A stretch of 57,651 nucleotides of DNA, the filler included, from Sphacelaria rigidula (lineage: Eukaryota), in the NCBI GenBank assembly GCA_964200075.2. It is 5 parts of 5 records of this genome, joined end to end, with 100 filler letters (N's around TTAATTAATTAA, not from the genome) between each part and the next. Parts side by side here need not be neighbours in the genome. Positions count along the whole stretch, not along the records: positions 1 to 11,452 come from CAXNAA020004905.1; positions 11,553 to 23,002 come from CAXNAA020004906.1; 3 more parts are not named here. The stretch is one strand, 5' to 3'. The notes beneath the pieces were generated by a model, which was not told the DNA's origin, ran no database searches, and worked only from the letters and a program-made list of their open reading frames with translations. Positions 1-13,489 of this stretch are shown in pieces. The translations under genes and the position numbers were made by a program. Numbering within the stretch: position 1 is the stretch's first letter; every line of letters starts with the position of its first letter.

Positions 1-1645
1 CCCCTTGCTCCGTTTTGAAAGGGAGGGGTGGGCAATGGCCAAGCGATCAAGGCAAGTAGCGAATCAGTACGTCCCCCCCCCCCCCCCCCCCCGCTACCAT
101 CTCCAAATCTTGCGGTTAAAAAGCTTACGCTCCGACGTGTGCCAACTGGACGGCGATGGAGTCACCCCCGATAATCACCTAACCCGCACAAAATCTTCTA
201 CCTGACGTGTTTGAAACATGCCCGATTGAAGAAATGAAAATACTAATAAGCAGTTACCGTCTGAGGCAACTATCAACCGCCCATCCCCTAGCCCCCTTAC
301 CCCTCCTCAAAGTTTGACCGCGCATCTACCTCTACCTAAAACTGCGAGCCACTTTCTAGCCTTGCCCCGGGGACACGAGAATTGGCGAGCGTTTGAAGCC
401 AGTCACTCTTCAGGCAGCACTCGGGAAAAACGTGCAGCCGACGAAGAGCACTGCAGAAGTAGTGCGTTATTCCCAGAAGATGCGCCGCAGTACTACAAGA
501 ATCGCAGAGGGGAAATCATCGTGATTGAGTTGGAGGGCGCTGCGGTGGAACGTGTGGGAACTGCCGTGTTCAAGACGCCGTTGTTTCACGTCATCGTGGC
601 TGCTCTGATCGCTCCTGGTTAGGAGAGGAGGAAGAGCAAAGCAATCCGACGAAGACAAGAAAAAACATCACCGAAATTCATCGAAGTTAAAGGGCGGCTA
701 AGTCGGCGGCGGCCATGTGGCCGATGAAAATGCGGTGGGTTCGTGAGAAGCATTGATCGATCGTTCGGATCGAAGCAGGAAAGAGCGGGAAACCGTAGAA
801 ATATCGAAGGCCGAATCCACCACAACAATACGTAGCAACGGAGAGAGAGAAAGGAGGAGGTGGCGGTGGTACTTGTAGCCAAAACAAACGACATGCTACG
901 TGCGAACATAGAATTCAAGATGCGCACACACTTGTTATTTCTTAGATACACGGGTGCCACACACATCTACTGATGTCTCCGCATGCCGCAAGCGACTGCC
1001 CACTGCGCTGCACGCACGCCCTCGACAAGTCAATCCATAATCAGATTATAGAGGTGTGATTTTCGAGTTGTGACACACGCACATGCGGTATAGAATCACC
1101 CACAATTTTCGTGGCGCATCACGATCACACATTGGTGTCACAAGTCACACGTGTTTCGCGCGGAGCTCTGAGCAGGTACGTTCCATGTCAAATCCCGCCC
1201 GCCCTCCCAAAAAACGCTTTGAGATATACTGTGCGTCACTTCCCGGAAGCTCCGGATGAAAAAAAAAACTTGTGTGGCCGACACAAGCATGACTGGCGTC
1301 TGGTTGGGAGATGACTGGTACTCAGAACCTACCTACTACTTCGCACGAAACAGGGGCATTCTACTGTAACTCTACATATCGCACTGTTTTTAAGCACTCA
1401 TACCTTCGATTCGGACGCGGATTGTTCCGTCGATGGTGATGGCGGCTGAAACTCCATCGCCCACTCAGGAACAATATCTTCGGCACTGAACATCCCGCCA
1501 GTCTTTCGTAACCACACGGTATATCCCGCGAATGCCACTGCCGTTCGGGGGCGGGGACCGGGGGGAAGGGGGGAGGAAGGACGTACTTATTTGTTGCTTG
1601 CCTGATTCGTTTGACCATTGACCACACATCCCTTTTCAGACGGGG
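1..1645. repeat. Inverted pair of a dispersed ~75-bp repeat (1-75 on +, ~1575-1645 on -)
   Basis: Motif approximately ctccgtYtYgaaagggatRcgtggtcaatggtcaaacga..aggcaagcaac..at.agtacgtcccc followed by poly-C. Further copies at ~41212-41285 and ~47710-47780 on other contigs. Confidence 0.65.
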
Positions 1646-2884
1646 CGGGGGGCGGGGGTGGAAATGGAACGAAATGCACTTGTATGAACATCAGCGACCC
1701 GTTATTGAACCTGTCACTCGTCGGACGGCTCATGAGCTACCTACCTGAAATAACAAAAATAATCGTAGAGAAGGAGTCTCAGATCTGTCGTCCATGAACA
1801 CGAAATGCGTGACAGGGGGGTTCGAGAAGCCAGGGTGCTACCTTTGAGCTGCTCCCTGTGCTCGGCGTTCAGTGCTGTAGGTAGCAACTGTAGACAAAAG
1901 AGGCCAGATGCGCTAGTTCATAATCCCGAACGGTACACTAGTAGGAAGAAATATATAGGTAGCTCATGAGCGGTTCTACGTGGGAAAACTTTCCTAGATG
2001 AGAAAAAGAGGCGCTGTACTTTTCAAAGCCAATAAACATCGGCTGAGAAATTGGGTTGAACTGTTGTCGACCCGCTTTTGGTTCTTACGTATCGATCCGT
2101 CTTCTGAGATGTTCAGGGTTCGGTGGAGACTTGAAATGGATTTCGAGCCTCGCGTAAAAAAAGGCAATTGTCAATAACGTTTTGACTGGGGGACTGGGGG
2201 GGGTATGGAGTCACCTCATTCCAATGAGTCGGGTTCAAGCTACGCGCTCCAACTCAACGAACGTTTTATGACTTGATTTGAACGTGCGAATGCGCTGCAA
2301 TGCAATTCCCAAGAGACCAACAATACGCTGCGCTGAAACGGTAACCAGCAGGCCCGCCACCACTATAGTCCCGCTATTGTTTTCCCGATGTTCCAACAAG
2401 ATTTCGACATGAACGGGGGAAAGCATAACAGTGGAAGCAAAGCGACTTCAAATAAGGGGTCGGGGCACGTGTTCAGACACGTACGACCCGCCAACTTGCT
2501 CGTGGGTATAGTAACGTACGGTACCGTTAAGGCACAACGACCGCCAAAATTGAAAATGCTGACAGGAGTTGGAGTTGCTGACCCATAGAATGACACTTCA
2601 TATTTCTTGAGCCGGAAATTGTACGAACCTACCTAACTACCTACCAACCTACCTATCTCGCAATTTTAAGGGATCGAGCACTAGATCAGCTTTCACGCAG
2701 CCCCACCCCGTCAATTTCCCTCCGTTTTTATTTTCGCCAACTTTTGTCCACACCTTCTCGGACGACAAACACCAAAAAAAAGAGGAGACCTGTAATACTG
2801 CTGTCGGGATGCAAACTGAAGAAATCCGCCCAAGCAGGTGTTAATGTACCGGTTTAACTGCCAGGGTCCACTTTTGATTGACCG

Positions 2885-2995
2885 ATTGATTGGTTGACGC
2901 AAATGATCTGATCCCCCAATGGTTGGGATCTAGCCGACGTCACAAGATAGACCTGCCCAGGGTAAGCACCACGGAAATACTCGCTAAAGGAAACT
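2885..2995 (+). repeat. Dispersed repeat (second copy ~4840-4955)
   Basis: Shared gattgattg..ctgatcccc..cacaagatRgac.tRcccagggtaa..actcgcta. Confidence 0.6.
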
Positions 2996-3034
2996 CGACA
3001 GAAAGACAAGAGAAAAAATATATATAGGATGGAG

Positions 3035-3388
3035 TGTGTGTTGTCATCCCATCTGTTCTGGACGCCAGTCTACACCTTCCGGTATACGTGGCCGCATCAG
3101 CCGGGGTCACACAGGAAGAAGGCCAACACAGGAGCTCTTTCATTTTCATTTTGCTTTAGTACTTCAACTTCCTTCTGCGGTGCTTGTCTTATTTTTATCG
3201 CGAGAGGGGTTCAGCGGTCCCTTTCCCTCGCCGACCGCAATGTCGAACCTCCTGTACCCACGATTAAGTCGCTCTCCACTCTTAGTATTGGGTCAGAAAA
3301 AATCCCAGATCGTGTGACTGTAATAATATTCGAACCCACGACCCAACCGTCAGAAGATTTCGAGGTTACAAACTGAGCCACCGGGGGG
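3035..3388 (-). mobile_element. tRNA-derived SINE
   Basis: The minus-strand head has an A-box-like TGGCTCAGTTTG (~3369-3380) and a B-box GGTTCGAAT (3328-3336). The ~350-bp body matches a second copy at ~39638-39987. Confidence 0.75.
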
Positions 3389-4334
3389 AACGGCCGTAAA
3401 GTAACCTGAGCAAAAAAATGAGAGGCAGGAAATAAAACAGAAAAAAAAGGGGAAAAGATAGAAACGGGGGAAGTGTTGCGCTGTGCTGTGTGAAAACAAG
3501 GAAATGTGACATCTGTGGTGTTACTCTGCTGCTGTACATTACTTTGAGTGAATCAGAGGATGGTGTTTTTTTTCCTGAGAATTTCGCAGTCACCTGAAAA
3601 AAACCGGGAAAGACAACAAGAACGTTTTTCATTAGAAAATTTCCCATCATCAGTACAAGTTCGGAACATTTTTCTAGCAGGTCGACGTTGACGAGCCCTA
3701 CTCCATGGTGTACTCCAACGGTGGGCATTAAACATACCACCCATGGAGTAGGCCCGCCTGTCGTAAGCGGTTGCGCAGCATATCAGAGTCCTTTTTGTGC
3801 GGATAGACTTGCGTTGCAGGGCTACAACATGAGAGCTGTGATAGTGTGGTGTGCTGTATCTGTTGCACGGGCGAGATGTGGTGTGTGCAGTACAAGCTAT
3901 GCCAGCTGACAGTGATTTTTTAGGATTTCTGGGCCCGGCTGTGGGTAATTCGAGAAGTTAGGCTCTGAAATTTTGACACGTCGTCTTCATCATTAATACG
4001 CACAACCTTCCGGGAGATGCAACGAAAAAAAGGGGGGGAAACGTACACTTTGAGCGATTTGAAGTTTCTGGAAAAACTGGAAAAATGCTATAACTCCGTG
4101 AAAATAAATAAATACGTCGGCATTCGTCTCGGGTTGTTGTACGTACTTGTGTGCAGAAGGTCCTGGTGCAATTTTCGGCTAAAAACGCCTCAAATTGGGA
4201 GCAGCAGGGCACTTCTTGTGTGGCACCGCTGCGCCCCTTTCACCCAAGTGATACAGGAGACTCCAGTTGTGTAGGTCACGATTCGAATCATGACGGATTC
4301 CTATTTTTTTGTTCCATCCGGAAGATTATACATC

Positions 4335-4503
4335 ATGCAGTACCTTTTTTTTCAATTTTTTTCTTCATTCAGCGGCGGTGCCGTGCGTTACCAGGTTGGT
4401 CTGCAGGTCACAACGATATACTCAAGTCGAGCTGATTTGGGAAACTTGATGAGTTATGGTGTGACATACAAATGCGGGATTTACTGCTGGCCCAGCTCGT
4501 AGT
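4335..4503 (+). repeat. Dispersed repeat (reverse-complement copy ~54458-54622)
   Basis: Shared agcggYggtgccgtgYgttaccaggttggtctgca...gctggcccagctcgtag. Confidence 0.7.
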
Positions 4504-5399
4504 CACACAGGGTTGCGCCTCAGCGCATGTTTTTTCTCCCGTTTGATTATGGACGCCGCCCTAGTGCGTACATGTCGGACGTACGTCAATATTTGTGTGA
4601 GGGGTGATCGCCCTAGATCCATGTTTCAGTACGAGCGCCCGTGGGAAGGCTTACTTCGTGCGTGTTGCCTACACAGAAGACATTGATACGGCTAGGCTTC
4701 AGGGGCGAATGAGTCAAGTGGCGACGAGAGCGGCCGGAACTGGTCGCTACTGCCGCGTTCATCACCCCGTGCAGCGAATCTGCCTGGCACTGACTAGAAC
4801 GAGAAGTTTCTATTGATATGTTGATTGGTTGGTTGATTGATTGATTGATTGTTGCACATGAACTGATCCCCGAGGAGTCATGATTCAGACGCGGTCATTA
4901 TCCACAAGATGGACGTACCCAGGGTAAACAAAATGGGAACACTCGCTAGAGAACAGTGATGAAATGCAAAAGGTAGAGCAGATAATAGAGTAGACTGAAG
5001 AATAGAAATAAAAAACTAGAAATAGCCAGCCTCTGCAACATTGCAACATGGCTTCAGGGATACTAGCACAACGCAGGGAACCACGTCGTCAAACGCTCCA
5101 CATACATACTCCAAGGACCACACACAGGGTATATATCTATCGCACACAGGGTATATATCTATCGCGCAATATGGTACCCCATTTTATTCAGGTGGATACC
5201 GAGCGACGTTATTGAAGCTAGACAATCTCGGGAAGCCTTATCCGTGAATAAAAAAAACGGCTTGTTTCTGGACTACAAAATGTATAAGCCGTCTGTTGCG
5301 GCAGTTAGTCGTTGACTGCAATTTCCGGGTATAAACCTTCATGCGCCACACACGAACGCCAGAAGCCCTCGTGTACTTGTACTTCATCGATGATGCGGG

Positions 5400-8300
5400 A
5401 TCTCTCTCGAAAGGTTCGACGCTACTATAGTTTACTCATGCCGTCGGCCAACGAAACGGCGAATTGAAGCGCAATATTATGGTGGGAACTCCTGGCCTCG
5501 CCAATCTCTCATGACTTGCTCTTCTACAGAGACTGGCTGCGGTATACAGGTTAACATGATTGCTCTGAGCCGAGTGTGCGAGTAGTGTGTGCTGCCGGTA
5601 TGTCAAGGGGCTGGTGATAGCTGGAGTATATTCCGAATAGCACGACATCAAGCAGCCAAGGGGGTAGTGGTAGCAAGAGTAAACTCAGAGCAGAACCGTC
5701 GTATTCAGATACACAGGTCAACGCCAAACGCCATGCACCGCGTCGATACGGAATAGACACACTCGGGGGAACATAGGGTATCGTATCGATCACACCAATG
5801 GTTTACGCACTACCATGCAGTGTTGTTTCCTTTCCATTAATATAAAGGCGGTACCTTTTGAAGGTTGTACCTCCAGACACACCGCACGTGGTGTTTGATG
5901 ATGCTGGACGTCTAGTATTCGTTGCTTGATGCGGCAGGTGGTTGTTGAAGCCACAGGTTTGGCGGCGCAATGCACTCAGGGCGTTGTGTGGATTGAACGC
6001 GGTGGTCATCACCAGGGTGCCCCAATTTATTTCTCTACACTCTGTCTAATGGCGATTTTAGAGACTACAGAAGAAACACGGTTTAGAGCCAGCAAAAAAT
6101 CTTGCCCGCTGTCTCGCCAAACTTCGTCCGCTCATGGGTGAACGATAGAAGCACCACAGCTAACAAGCACGGTTCAGGCTTCACAATATCACTGGGGATG
6201 CCGGGATCTCTGTTCTCGCCACCCCTCGCGCGAGAGCTGGCGGGGTAGCTGTTTGGGTGCGAATTGTGTCTCCCACCCGGGCCCCTGTGGAAGGGTCCCT
6301 GGCAGGGAGAAAGGTCTCCTTACAGACAGTTCCAGAACTTTCGATATACACTTCATGACAGCCCGATAGCCACCGAGGTGGTTGCTGTTGTGTTCTAGCA
6401 GTGTAAACTCTCGGTCAGGTGGTGTGAGGTTTTCACCCGATCACTTCGGGATCCGCCAACTTTGACTTTGCCGAGATCTTCCGGAGTCCTGCGCCTTCCG
6501 GCATCCTCGTCTCGTACAACAGACAGCGAGTCAGCCGTGTGTGCTGTCTTTGAAAGTGAGCAACGGCCTCAACGCTTTCAACCATCACGGCGGCGGGCCC
6601 AGAGGTTTATTTTAAAATAGACAAGTTTAATTAGTACCCAGAGAGTATAGTACCGCTGACTACAGAAGGGCGACCTAAGCTCTGAGCACACACCCTGAGG
6701 CAATTTATCATCAACATGTCACTTGTACTCAAATATTTTGAACAGTAGCCGCTTGTCATTTGCGCAGTGACGCACGTTCTTCACCCTGCGGATTTCCCAG
6801 TCGCGGTGTGCTGCCTGTAGCGCCAGCGCTCCGTGTTGATGCGATTACCTATCTTCCAAGGATGGTTCCCTCAATGGGAAAGCACTATGGAACATGACTA
6901 TGGCAGTATTTTGTACGACTGCCGGTAACCAGTGTGAATATGACTGGGGTCCGTACGTTTCCATATCATGGAGAGGGAATAATACTCCACGTGCGGCCTG
7001 CAGAGTTGGGTCAAGCTTCTGGCATGACGTAGACATGGATAATTTCTAGTGATGTGTACAACCGAAGGTGTTGACTACATCGCGACCCCAACTATTTTGG
7101 GGGGGGAAGGGGGTGGAGGGTGATGAAAAAATATGTATCGCTGACCGAAACACTCTACATTACAGCACGAACACTTCACAATACAGCACAGCACAGCACG
7201 GTACAGTAAAGTTCAGACAAGTTTTAACGCCTCCGTATTTTCGTGGATGATGGCAAAAAATCCCGGGTTTGGGGCTGTACGCTGCACACGTGCTCCCCAT
7301 TTCTTCAGGGTAGAGTGCAGCGCGATACGAGCGTGGCCGACTGTGAGAATGATTGAAGTGTATGAAGCGTGTGAGGGGCAGAGTGCAATTGACACTTAGA
7401 AGCGAAGTGAGGTGGCTTGGGACGAGGGAAACCGGAGCTCGTCGTTGCTTCGATGTCTAGCACTCCGACTGCACGGACCAGCTCCATAGTGTTACGAGCC
7501 ACTGCTGCTCTCATACCACACCTCTTTCTACCTCAGAAAGACAACGCCGACAACCTTGCGATCACCAGCATTTTACTGCAAAAGGTCTTGCGGGTGAAAA
7601 TGAAGCTCGGCAACTAGACACAACAACATGTCGGGAAAATTGACTCAAACCTTACCCGACTTGTCTCAAGTAAGAATTTTGCCTTGGTAGCTACGTTGAG
7701 TAAATCGCTGTGCTGACATGAAATGCAGACATATCCGGCTCTACTGAGTCTAGTAGAACACGAAACATACGCACGTGACCTACAGACCATGATAACTCCT
7801 TTGCAAAAGGTTTGGCAGGATTTTAATTCCTGTCGCGAATTAAACAATGTGGCGGAAGTTTGGCATCTCTTACAAACGCCGGGGCTTCAAAGCGTACTTG
7901 ACGTGGCTTCAGCATAGCCAGCCTGCATGCAACACTAACTGATTATTGTCGTGTCGACAGCAATGGGACCACCCTGCATCTTTTTTCTAGCGATCGTGTC
8001 GGCTGCATCTTCTGTGCCCAGACACTCCGCACGCAGTTGATGATATTTCTACTCATGAAGTGCTCGATGAGAAAACTTAACTTGCTACGCATAGCTGAGA
8101 CATTTATCCTATCAATGCAGCAAGTCCAATCTTGATACGAGCTGGGGCAGTCGAAAAATGTAGAACCCCTCAGCACACAACAACTTCTCCAGTTTTCCGA
8201 ATCAGATGTCGCTGTCACCTACGGACCAACATGGTTCTAAAAGGCTCCGCCGCTGTTGTACTGCATTGAGTACCGGGTGCGTCCCATTTCGTAGCGTGAG

Positions 8301-8460
8301 AACGTGTTGTGAGCTTTTTATTTTAATTGCGGCAGAATTACTTATGATCATTTTGACACGCACGGTCAACAATGCACCGGGAATGCTGCGAGATGGGATC
8401 AAGCCTGTCAGCAGCTCCATCATGGGAGACAACCTCCGAGCCGATTGTCACATACAATGA
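5400..8460 (-). mobile_element. Highly decayed non-LTR retrotransposon (LINE) RT remnants, interrupted by other repeats
   Basis: Minus-strand peptides DSENWRSCCVL (cf. D.NYRPISLL) near 8200 and RLYINGKETTLHGSA*TIGVI (cf. L.ING..I..V...KYLGV.ID) near 5790-5850. Many stops. Confidence 0.35.
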
Positions 8461-8814
8461 GCACAGGCACGAGTATCCAACTAGGACAGGGCTGCAACGC
8501 TTTTCCTCGATCCCCTCCCCGATGGTGATATTTTTTTCACATTTGGAACAAAAAGTACGCGGTGACGATGATCTTCAGCAACTGCGCGTCCAGGGAAGCG
8601 GAAAAGTGTTCTAGATAGGACTTCGAGGAAGCCCAACCCACACTGAGGCGAGAAAGACCAGTTTCGCGCCTTTGGGGGACACAAGCTCGTGCGAAAGTAT
8701 CGAAATCACTTGTCAACTGATTTGTATTAAATGTTTCCTCAACGACGAAAACTAGATAGTGCAAAAATAAAAATCATGTCGGGATTTGAGCTCGTGACCT
8801 CCGTAACTTTTTTT

Positions 8815-8957
8815 TTCAAGGAAGGAGAAAACCTCATCTAACACTTATCCCGCAAGCGGCTTCGTGTGCCGATTACTCGGAGGCTCGGCTAGACCGCCTC
8901 GCGGCAGTCATGTGGGGTGGGCGCCTCGAGCGTTCGGAAAGCTTCGCTCAAGGCAAG
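8815..8957 (+). repeat. Dispersed repeat (second copy ~37705-37852)
   Basis: Near-identical agcggcttcgtgtgccgattactcggRggctcggctagacc...ctcgagcgttcggaaagctt. Confidence 0.8.
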
Positions 8958-9599
8958 TAAAAAAGGTGAACTCACTTAAATTCCCTGTCAACTTGGCGCA
9001 GTGCGCGCACCATCCTACTCTCATGAGTTTCGAGCCTAGTCTCTCAGTTAGACCAGTGGTGTCACACAAAAAGTTCCACGCGGGGCCCAATCTGAAGAGA
9101 TTTTAGCCGCAATTTCACCAGGATCTTGTGCGCGCAAGTAGAAAGTTCGTGACCGGGGATACCGCCGTTTTTCTTTTTTTCTTTTATGGAGTAATGACAT
9201 TTTCTAGTAAATTTCATATCGCTCTTGACTCTTTTTCTTCTCTTGGTATTCCCAGAAGTGTTGCGCGTGTTGATGACAAAAGTATCGTGTCAAAATTTCA
9301 GCGCCTAACTCCCAAGATTAAGCCCCGCATCACCTGTTGACCGAAAAAAAACTGTGGGCTGGCCCAGCTCGTACACCCTTGCCGCGAAGATAAGGTGAAG
9401 ACGAAACCACGATCAACACTATTCTGTCAGGCTACGAGCACAATCTTGGGCTTGAGCGATAGCTGCTATCATACTCTACTATAAACTATGGTGTGCAATG
9501 AATGTATGTTACAGTAGTGGGCGGTTTAACTAATCATTTTGCGGCATTCTGTGATTCTTTCGTGATCGGCGATTTTCTTGGGCTTATTTCGCTCGCCAC

Positions 9600-9930
9600 C
9601 CCTTATCACATCGGGGATCTGAAGATATGTGTATCCGCTCCACCTTCCAAGAAGAAAAAATCATCTATACTCAATATTGAGTGACTTACGGGCTGACCGG
9701 TCATCGGGGGTCCTGCCACGTTTCAGCCCAGGTTCCTACTCTTCTGTTTTTTCGGTCGATCGAGCCGGTCCCGATCACATTTGTAAAGAAATGTACAGTT
9801 CTATTTTTTCGAAATTCTACCTACTCAGTGCACTAGGGCCGAAAAACTGTTTTTCACGATCAATGACACCCTCCTGGTAAACGGGGTATTTACTCGTTTC
9901 GCCCGATGACACCAACTAGCACTAACTTGG
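9600..9930 (+). repeat. Dispersed non-autonomous repeat family (related segments ~44640-44945 on +, ~48953-49640 on -)
   Basis: Shared ctcaatattgagtgacttacgggctgaccggt...ggggtcctg and ctagRgccgRaaaactgt segments. Both translate to the LSDLRADR/LNDLRADR look-alike. Confidence 0.6.
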
Positions 9931-11019
9931 GCACCGTGTTTCGAAGATCTGTTTTGTTGTACCAAAATCTACCGACGCCAGCAACTTCGAGTTCTTTCCA
10001 AGAGAGGCACGCGAGGAAAACCCCTAAACACTCGTGAACAGTTAGACCGCCCACTACTGTGCGCCAAGGTTACGCAATAGGGCGTAAGTTTTGTGCGGTG
10101 GCATTTTGGGGTGCAGAATGGAAACTGACCGTGCAATGTGGGTATATGTCGTACCATTTGTTGGGAAATGTCGACTGTTAGTTTGTGGGCTATGGTCGAC
10201 AGATCGAGCCAGAGTTCTCGGGGAAGATAGCCATAGTCATGCTCTATAGCTGACGACCAGCATGATCGTGTTTTCATGTTTCATCGAGTCTGCTGACTCC
10301 ACATCTGTGTTGTTGTTGAAGGGGTGATAAAAAACGTGACATTAAATCAGGAAGACCAGCGCAACAGCAAGTACTCTTTGCGGAACAGACAGAATGGTTT
10401 AAGACAGTCTGCGGGACAGTGACCTCATCTACCTGTGCAGCACAGCACAATGCATAGTGCATATGCATATTATAGATGCCGTACAACAGCGCACACTACA
10501 GTACAGCATTTTCTGTGAGGCACTCTAGCTGCCCTTGGGTAAATCGGCCAAGTACGCCTGTTGGCCGGTTGAGTTGGACTGACCACCCACGGACGGCACT
10601 TGTACAGATTGCAATATCAAACAACATCCAAATCTATCGAGAGTTCAACAAAAAAATCCAAAATCACCCACATGTGGCGCCTGTGTAGAGGGACAGTTTG
10701 ATCCGTGGCCCGATTCCACTCATCGTCTTGCTACCTATTTGTAACCTAGTGTCTCTCACTGGCACGCTATAGATAGCAGAGGTTGTAACTTTCGCTCCCA
10801 TGTGGACATCTCAGACCCGTGCTGCGCACGCGCGTTGACCGTTCATCTCGACGTAGCAAGGGTTATGGCGACATATGTCATAATGTGTTGCCATAACCCT
10901 TTGCTGTAGAGCGAGTCAATCGGTATGTTTGTAGGTACGGGTATGACTTCATAGCACAAACATTACTTTCGGGTCGGTCATCTAATCCAAATAATTCACG
11001 GTTCGGACGAATCATCGCC

Positions 11020-11165
11020 GGTTCGAATCACGAAATCCGCAATTTTTCAGACCTGATTGCTCGAAAGAGAGGAAAAAGTCCACCGATGATCAAAAAGGTT
11101 CCCACGCAACTTTCACGCCATTCCGCGTGCTCGGACTGCGTGTACCTGGGTTGCAACGCTGTAAA
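11020..11165 (+). repeat. Dispersed repeat (reverse-complement copy ~19660-19795)
   Basis: gtgtacctgggttgcaacgctg is shared exactly with the reverse complement of cagcgttgcaacccaggtacac, and the flanks are similar. Confidence 0.65.
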
Positions 11166-11265
11166 CAAGGCCCAAGGATTGATTCGTACGGTCGAATCAT
11201 TACACTAAAATACAGTAATTTCCAGACGAATAATTTATTCGTCCGACCCCTGAAATATTTTTGAC

Positions 11266-11357
11266 CGGTCGCACTACACTTTATAACGCATTTCATAGCG
11301 CGAATCCAAATATATTTGCCCGGTCGCACTACACTTTATAGTGCATTTCATAGCGCA
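11266..11357 (+). repeat. Local duplication of ccggtcgcactacactttataRYgcatttcatagcgc
   Basis: Two ~37-bp copies seen directly. Confidence 0.8.
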
Positions 11358-11404
11358 CAGGCTTGATAGCACAACAAGGGCCTGCCGGGAGAAAAAAACT
11401 GGAC

Positions 11405-11452
<48 letters not shown>

Positions 11453-11552
11453 NNNNNNNNNNNNNNNNNNNNNNNNNNNNNNNNNNNNNNNNNNNNTTAA
11501 TTAATTAANNNNNNNNNNNNNNNNNNNNNNNNNNNNNNNNNNNNNNNNNNNN
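11453..11552. other. Artificial contig spacer (N44-TTAATTAATTAA-N44, stops in all six frames)
   Basis: Seen directly. The same 100-nt spacer recurs at 23003, 34553 and 46103. Confidence 0.98.
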
Positions 11553-13489
11553 GAGTACACCCCCCCCTCCCTGGTTAGATACCCATGAGGCAGTGTAAAA
11601 GCTGTGTCTGTCTCTGGAAGTGGCGATACCACAGAATAAAGCAACTCATTGTTGGCTGTCATCCAAATGCAAGATAATCAATAAATAGGCTTCGGGCCGA
11701 ACAATCTTAACAGGATGCAGTTCACCCTTTATGCGACTCGCTGAACACACCACGGCGCTTCACGCTTGGTAGTTTGAGTGCAAGCCTGGTCCGGCGCGAA
11801 AACCCGGCGTGCTCCGTCCTGGCATTGTAGGGATGCGAGGTCAATGGTCAGATGACTATGGCATCATGATCATGGGTACCCCCCCGCCCCCCCGCCCCCG
11901 TGTCGGAGAACTGCCCAAACAGTCACCGATCCGGTACATTACCCTGTGCCTAGGAGTAATATACCCACACAAAAAACGTATGCCTTAATTATGATTGGCC
12001 GGCTGACACTTTCTACGATAGCCCCCTCCCCCCCCAAGAAAAAACTGCATGATTTGGGGCGGCAAGATCTTCACGTAATTCGGATTGGAAAACACCGAGC
12101 ACAACGAGCAGCCAGAAATTCTCACGCTTGGGTTCGTTCTCGCCAACAATGTCGCCCGTATGAGGCGCTTCATGCAGCCTGAACCCAAGCATCAGGCGCT
12201 GTAGCTCTGTGTCCATTCTTTTTGAGACGATTTTGGGCTGGTTTGGGAGGGGGCTCTCGTGAAAGAAAGTGTCGGCTGTTCAATCACTTCATGAGCACTA
12301 TTCACTCAACAATACGAACACGAAGTAAAGAGGATCCCCTGTGGAGGTTACTCGACAATTGTTTTGGTCGCAATACGGTATATCATACATATAATTATAT
12401 ACTCAGCGACCCTTCTCTGAGGATTGGCCGTCTTCGATCCTCTGTTGTTTTTCTCCGTTATAGTAGGACGAAGTTGACATTCCCCACAAGAAGAGCCGGT
12501 GTTGAAATTTGCTCCGACGAAGTCAGATTTGCAATTTTGGTTTTATCAACTATTTTCTCGTCGTCCGTGGTACAAGGAGAAGCGTTATTCTTTCTTCTTC
12601 GTGACAGTGGTATCTCAGGAGAATATACTCCGGAGTATGTAAAAAATGAATCGCTTTTTCGCGTTTCGATTTCCCCATCTACACCGGAAAAAAAAACATT
12701 TCCCCCCCCCCCGTCAATTTCGTCGTATATTTCAACGTCCTCTTATTGAATGCCTCCTTCGAAATCTATTCATTCATCATGCTCATATCATGTGCTTTCA
12801 CACAGATTTTGTTCTCTGAAGAAAAGAGAGGATTGACTTCTCGGGAGCAGAAAACTTGATGATGTTCCAAAAGTGTGAGAAAGTAACGCTTGTTTTTGTT
12901 TTATGTAATAAATTACACGTTTGGGACAACTTTATTTCAACAAAAACGTTTTTCAACAACTGCCCCCATCATGGATAATGAGATTTTGATTGCATGTCAG
13001 CGGACGGCAGACAGTGTCACTGTTGTCTTCCGCATGCCAGTGGCAGCAAAGATTTTTTGGAAGGTGGTGTTGGGATGTTGCACCTACCTCGCTTGGACCA
13101 GGGCGTGTTGTTTCCCATCAAGGAATGGAGGGAAAAAGCATGACGAATGAGATGGGGCTGTATCTCGAAAGATGCTGCGAGAAAAAGGCAACCCTTGGTT
13201 GAAAGGTTATCCCTTCATCACCAGTAATACATATATATATATACATATATTCTTGGGGCGAAACAGAAAAGCGCATACAAGAAAAAAAGCCCACACTTGC
13301 CCACTGATCGTTTCACCAGCAGCAAAAAAAAATCTGACCACAAAAGCACACTTGTCTGTTGTCATTATATTTAACCAGCTTCCTCGAACTGCGGCCGATT
13401 ATATGTATATTAATAATGTACATGACATGGATGGCTTGGTAAGTCTTGCTGCTGCGATGATCCTTCCAAGCACTCTTACTTCGCCTATC

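Noticed and set aside
4621-4660. MFQYERPWEGLLR resembling HisRS motif 2
   Set aside because: The essential Arg is absent, there is no flanking similarity, and the frame closes quickly.
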